The notes below the pieces were generated by a model. It was not told the origin of the DNA. It saw nothing but the letters and a program-made list of their open reading frames with translations, and made no database searches. A stretch of 62,450 nt of DNA, filler included, from Choristocarpus tenellus KU-1152 (Eukaryota > Protista > Phaeophyceae): the NCBI GenBank assembly GCA_964200185.2. It is 9 parts of 9 records of this genome, joined end to end, with 100 filler letters (N's around TTAATTAATTAA, not from the genome) between each part and the next. Parts side by side here need not be neighbours in the genome. Positions count along the whole stretch, not along the records: positions 59,445 to 62,450 come from CAXNAD020022993.1; 8 more parts are not named here. One strand, written 5' to 3'. Of the stretch, positions 59,462 to 62,450 are shown piece by piece. The stretch's first letter is position 1, and the number at the start of each line of letters is the position of its first letter. The position numbers were made by a program, and so were the translations under genes.

Positions 59462-62339
59462 GTATGGTACTATCGTGTGCTGAGGCCGGGGTGTTGGGCA
59501 TCCTCCCAGGGGTGATAGGATGTATTCAGGTGAAGGAGAGTCTAGACCCTATCAAGTGAAGCAGTTGAGTTGTAGAATTTTAGGAGGGTGGTACGGAAGC
59601 AGTGCAACAGCAAGCCATGTTGTAGGTGTTTTGTTTGGGGGGGGGGGATGGGAAGGTTAGGGGTGGGGGGGGGGGATTTCTTCCTCCATTTAGTGAAGGA
59701 ATCGGCTCAATGGCTGCTTGCTCACCTGCAATAAAGAGAGGGCATACGCTTCCATTTATATATATATATATATATTTATATCCATGTTTATGCTGTACCT
59801 CTGTATATGTCTCTCTGCTATATCATGTCTTTGTGTATGTGTGTATTGGTAGCTGTTTTCTGCGATACATGTATATTGTGGGCATATCTTCTGTGTATTA
59901 AGAACATTTGAGAGTTACCCCCCCGTTCCATGATCTCCCCTTTCTAGTTTCTGAACAGTCTATGGTCCCGCCCAGGTACCTATGTCGCCCTAAGATCTAT
60001 ACCATTTGTTGTCCTCAACTGTGAGCCTATAGGGGAGGGTTGTACCTTGTTCTTGGCAAACGTACACCTTCTGAAGGCGTGTCGTGTGTACCCCCCCTTG
60101 CCCTCTATTTGGAGTTGACAGGCTACGGAGGTGGTGAAGATAATTCTCGGAAAGGGCGATGTGCTCTCTGGACGGCTGTTGCTGTACGATGCCATGAAGA
60201 TGAGGTTCAAGGTTGGTGATGGCATGTGTTACTAGCATTGAACGACTGGCTCCTTCCTAGCATTTAGGCTGCCTATAGAGTATTTGGTAGTCTAGCTTAA
60301 GCACATGTTGACGACTGACAAACTTCTAATGTCACGAAACACTATATTATTTTTTTGTTTTGCACATAACCTTCATTTTCTCATTTTTTTCTGTTGCATT
60401 TTTTTTTTTGGGGGGGGGGACTAACCCTAACTCCAGGAGTCCATACTAGAGGCACTGCCTAACAGACCACCTGTGACGGGGCTTGTGGACTACCAAGGTT
60501 TCTGTGGATTCTCTGCTACTCCTAAGCCCTCCCCAACTGCAGCAGCACCTGTTGCCGACAACTTGCAAGTACCCGGGGAAATTGTCGATGGGGACGGGGG
60601 TGAGAGTGAGGTGATATCAGAGGGGTTTCAGAGAATAACGCCTAGAGAGGTGGTGAAGCAGATGCAGCAGGGGTGGGCACCGTACGTTTTGGACGTTAGG
60701 TGAGAGAGGTTGGGGGGACAGGGGGGGCTGCATCCAAATGTTTAATTTTTTTTGTAATCCTTGTTTTTTTGCAGTGTTGGGAAGTTAAGGGTGGAGTACT
60801 TGGTGCCACAAGATATCTTTTGTGCTGTTAATAATAGATGTGAAATTTGAAACTCTGCTGTTTGATTCATTTTTATTTTTACAAAAAACATGCGTACATT
60901 TGATTCATTTTTTTTGTTACTGGGGAGGAAGAGACGTCCGTCTGGTGAGAGCCGTTTGAAAATATTTTTTGTGTTGTCTTGGTTGAAATTGATGAGAGCA
61001 CGCAGCACGCAGCACGCAGCACGCTCACGAGCGATAGAACGCAGGAGGAGGATCACTGTAAAATATAATAATTCTCCACCCCCAACCAGACAGCCAGATG
61101 AAATTTATTTATTTTTGGAGGGAGTGTATTGAAGTTGTTCATTGAAAAAGAAAAATATATATATATATTGTACAAAAAAAAGAAACGTAAATGACACTCT
61201 TGGATGTATCAGTATTGTTACAATTTATTGTTGCTATTAGTTTTATTGTTTTGTTCAGTTTGCCTATGAATCTCATGCAAACAATAGGATGTATTCTTTC
61301 TGTTTTCTTGCCATGCTGTAACTGTCTGGTAACATTTCATCATAAAGAATTTCCCAATGAAAGACAATGAAAGACGACCAACCCCCACCAGATCCTACTC
61401 CTTCCCTCTCTCTCTCACACACACACACAATGTAGTTTCCTGTCTTGTTCTCAATCATGTGCTTGGTTTGAAAAGGTGCATCCCGAGCAGGGAAAATATA
61501 TTTTTTTATATTTGATATTCAATTATTTTTATAATGGAAATCAAACAGAACCGTATCATTATTTTATTATTATTATCAAAATTATTTGGCTGACACAACA
61601 TATATAATTCCTAGGGAAACCTCAAGTTACCTGCTGTGTGTGAGTAACTCTTTGTCCACTGCCACGCCTCCTTTGTTTATGGAAATCCAGGCTACCACAG
61701 GAGGCTGAGATTTCCAGCCTGCCATTTGTGGATAAGGTCTGTCCTCACCGGAAGGTGGCTGACGTGGTTGATGAGCTCCCAAAAGAGGGAGACTTGCTGG
61801 TGCACTGCAAGGTGGGTTAGGGTTAGGGTTAGGGTAAGGGTTAGACTGATCTCTTCTGTATCACTGACCTTTGGTTTTCCTTCTCACACGGTCGGGAGGG
61901 AACTTGCAGAGTACGATAAAAAAGAAAAGACAAATATTTTTATTATTATTTTTTTTTTGTAACTCTTGCAACTAAACACACACACGTACACACGCGCACA
62001 CACACAGTGGGTTTTGTAACTCTCCTGTTGGAACAACTCTTTATCTGCTACAAAATAGTATATATATTTCAAGAGCCATTTTCAACTCAGGTTAACGATC
62101 TACTGCAGACACATGTGTAGGTTTGGTTCCTCTCTGTGGGTAGGTAGCACCCGGGTAATCTCTTCAATGATCACATTATGTGCTTTCTGCTGCTCTACTG
62201 GACACAGGTGGGGGGGAGGAGTGCGAAGGCGTGTGTGACACTTAGTGAGTATGGGATACCAAAAGAACGCCTCTTCTCCATGGAAGGCGGTATCGTACGA
62301 TGGGCTGAGGAGATCGATCATAGCTTGGCTGTGTATTGA
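59462..62339 (+). CDS. moeZ: MoeZ/MoeB-type adenylyltransferase-rhodanese (ThiF + rhodanese), 3' exons including stop
   Basis: Exons 59462-59529, 60122-60211, 60437-60699, 61691-61811, 62208-62339: SCAEAGVLGILPGVIGCIQATEVVKIILG.G.VLSGRLLLYDA, LVDYQGFCG, YVLDVR...E, VHCKVGGRSAKA, MEGGIVRWAEEID. Confidence 0.9.
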
Positions 62340-62450
62340 AAGCTCGCGAGAAAGAACACCCTGGGGGGGGGGGGGGGGGGGGGGGGGTGGAAGGGAAAAG
62401 AAAAAAAAAAAAAAAAAGAGAGGGGGGGAGCAAAACAGGGAAAAAGTAGG

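Noticed and set aside
46057-62450. Cofactor/repair gene cluster (MutS2, riboflavin kinase, MoeZ)
   Set aside because: MoeZ is on a different contig beyond two artificial linkers; the remaining genes are functionally unrelated.

Overview
Eukaryotic, intron-rich genomic DNA, most likely a brown alga or close stramenopile relative. This is inferred from TTAGGG-type repeats, brown-algal-type LINE C-termini and the gene content. The window is NOT one locus: it is nine contigs joined by eight artificial 100-bp linkers (N44-TTAATTAATTAA-N44), so adjacency across linkers has no biological meaning. I reconstructed exons by hand for fragments of nine spliced genes: a VPS13-family lipid transporter (-), a BART-domain protein (+), a class I SAM methyltransferase (+), a PH-ankyrin-AIDA-type C2 protein (-), a P4-ATPase flippase (+), MutS2 (-) head-to-head with RABL3 (+), riboflavin kinase (-), and a bacterial-type MoeZ/MoeB-rhodanese (+). 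The window also holds a tRNA-Lys(CTT) plus a decayed copy, Ty1/copia and LINE remnants, a hAT-like remnant and intronic minisatellites. The most striking feature is about 27 copies of three internally unrelated MITE families that share one terminal motif (G-R-N-Y-S-AAAGTA) and leave BOTH 3-bp and 4-bp target-site duplications; each length is supported internally by empty-site or reading-frame reconstruction. This suggests one transposase lineage that I cannot assign to a known superfamily from sequence alone. Other points of interest are telomere-repeat tracts near splice sites, GC-AG introns, and tracts of decayed intronless ORFs that may be endogenous viral or large-TE relics. All annotation is by eye; no database searches were run.
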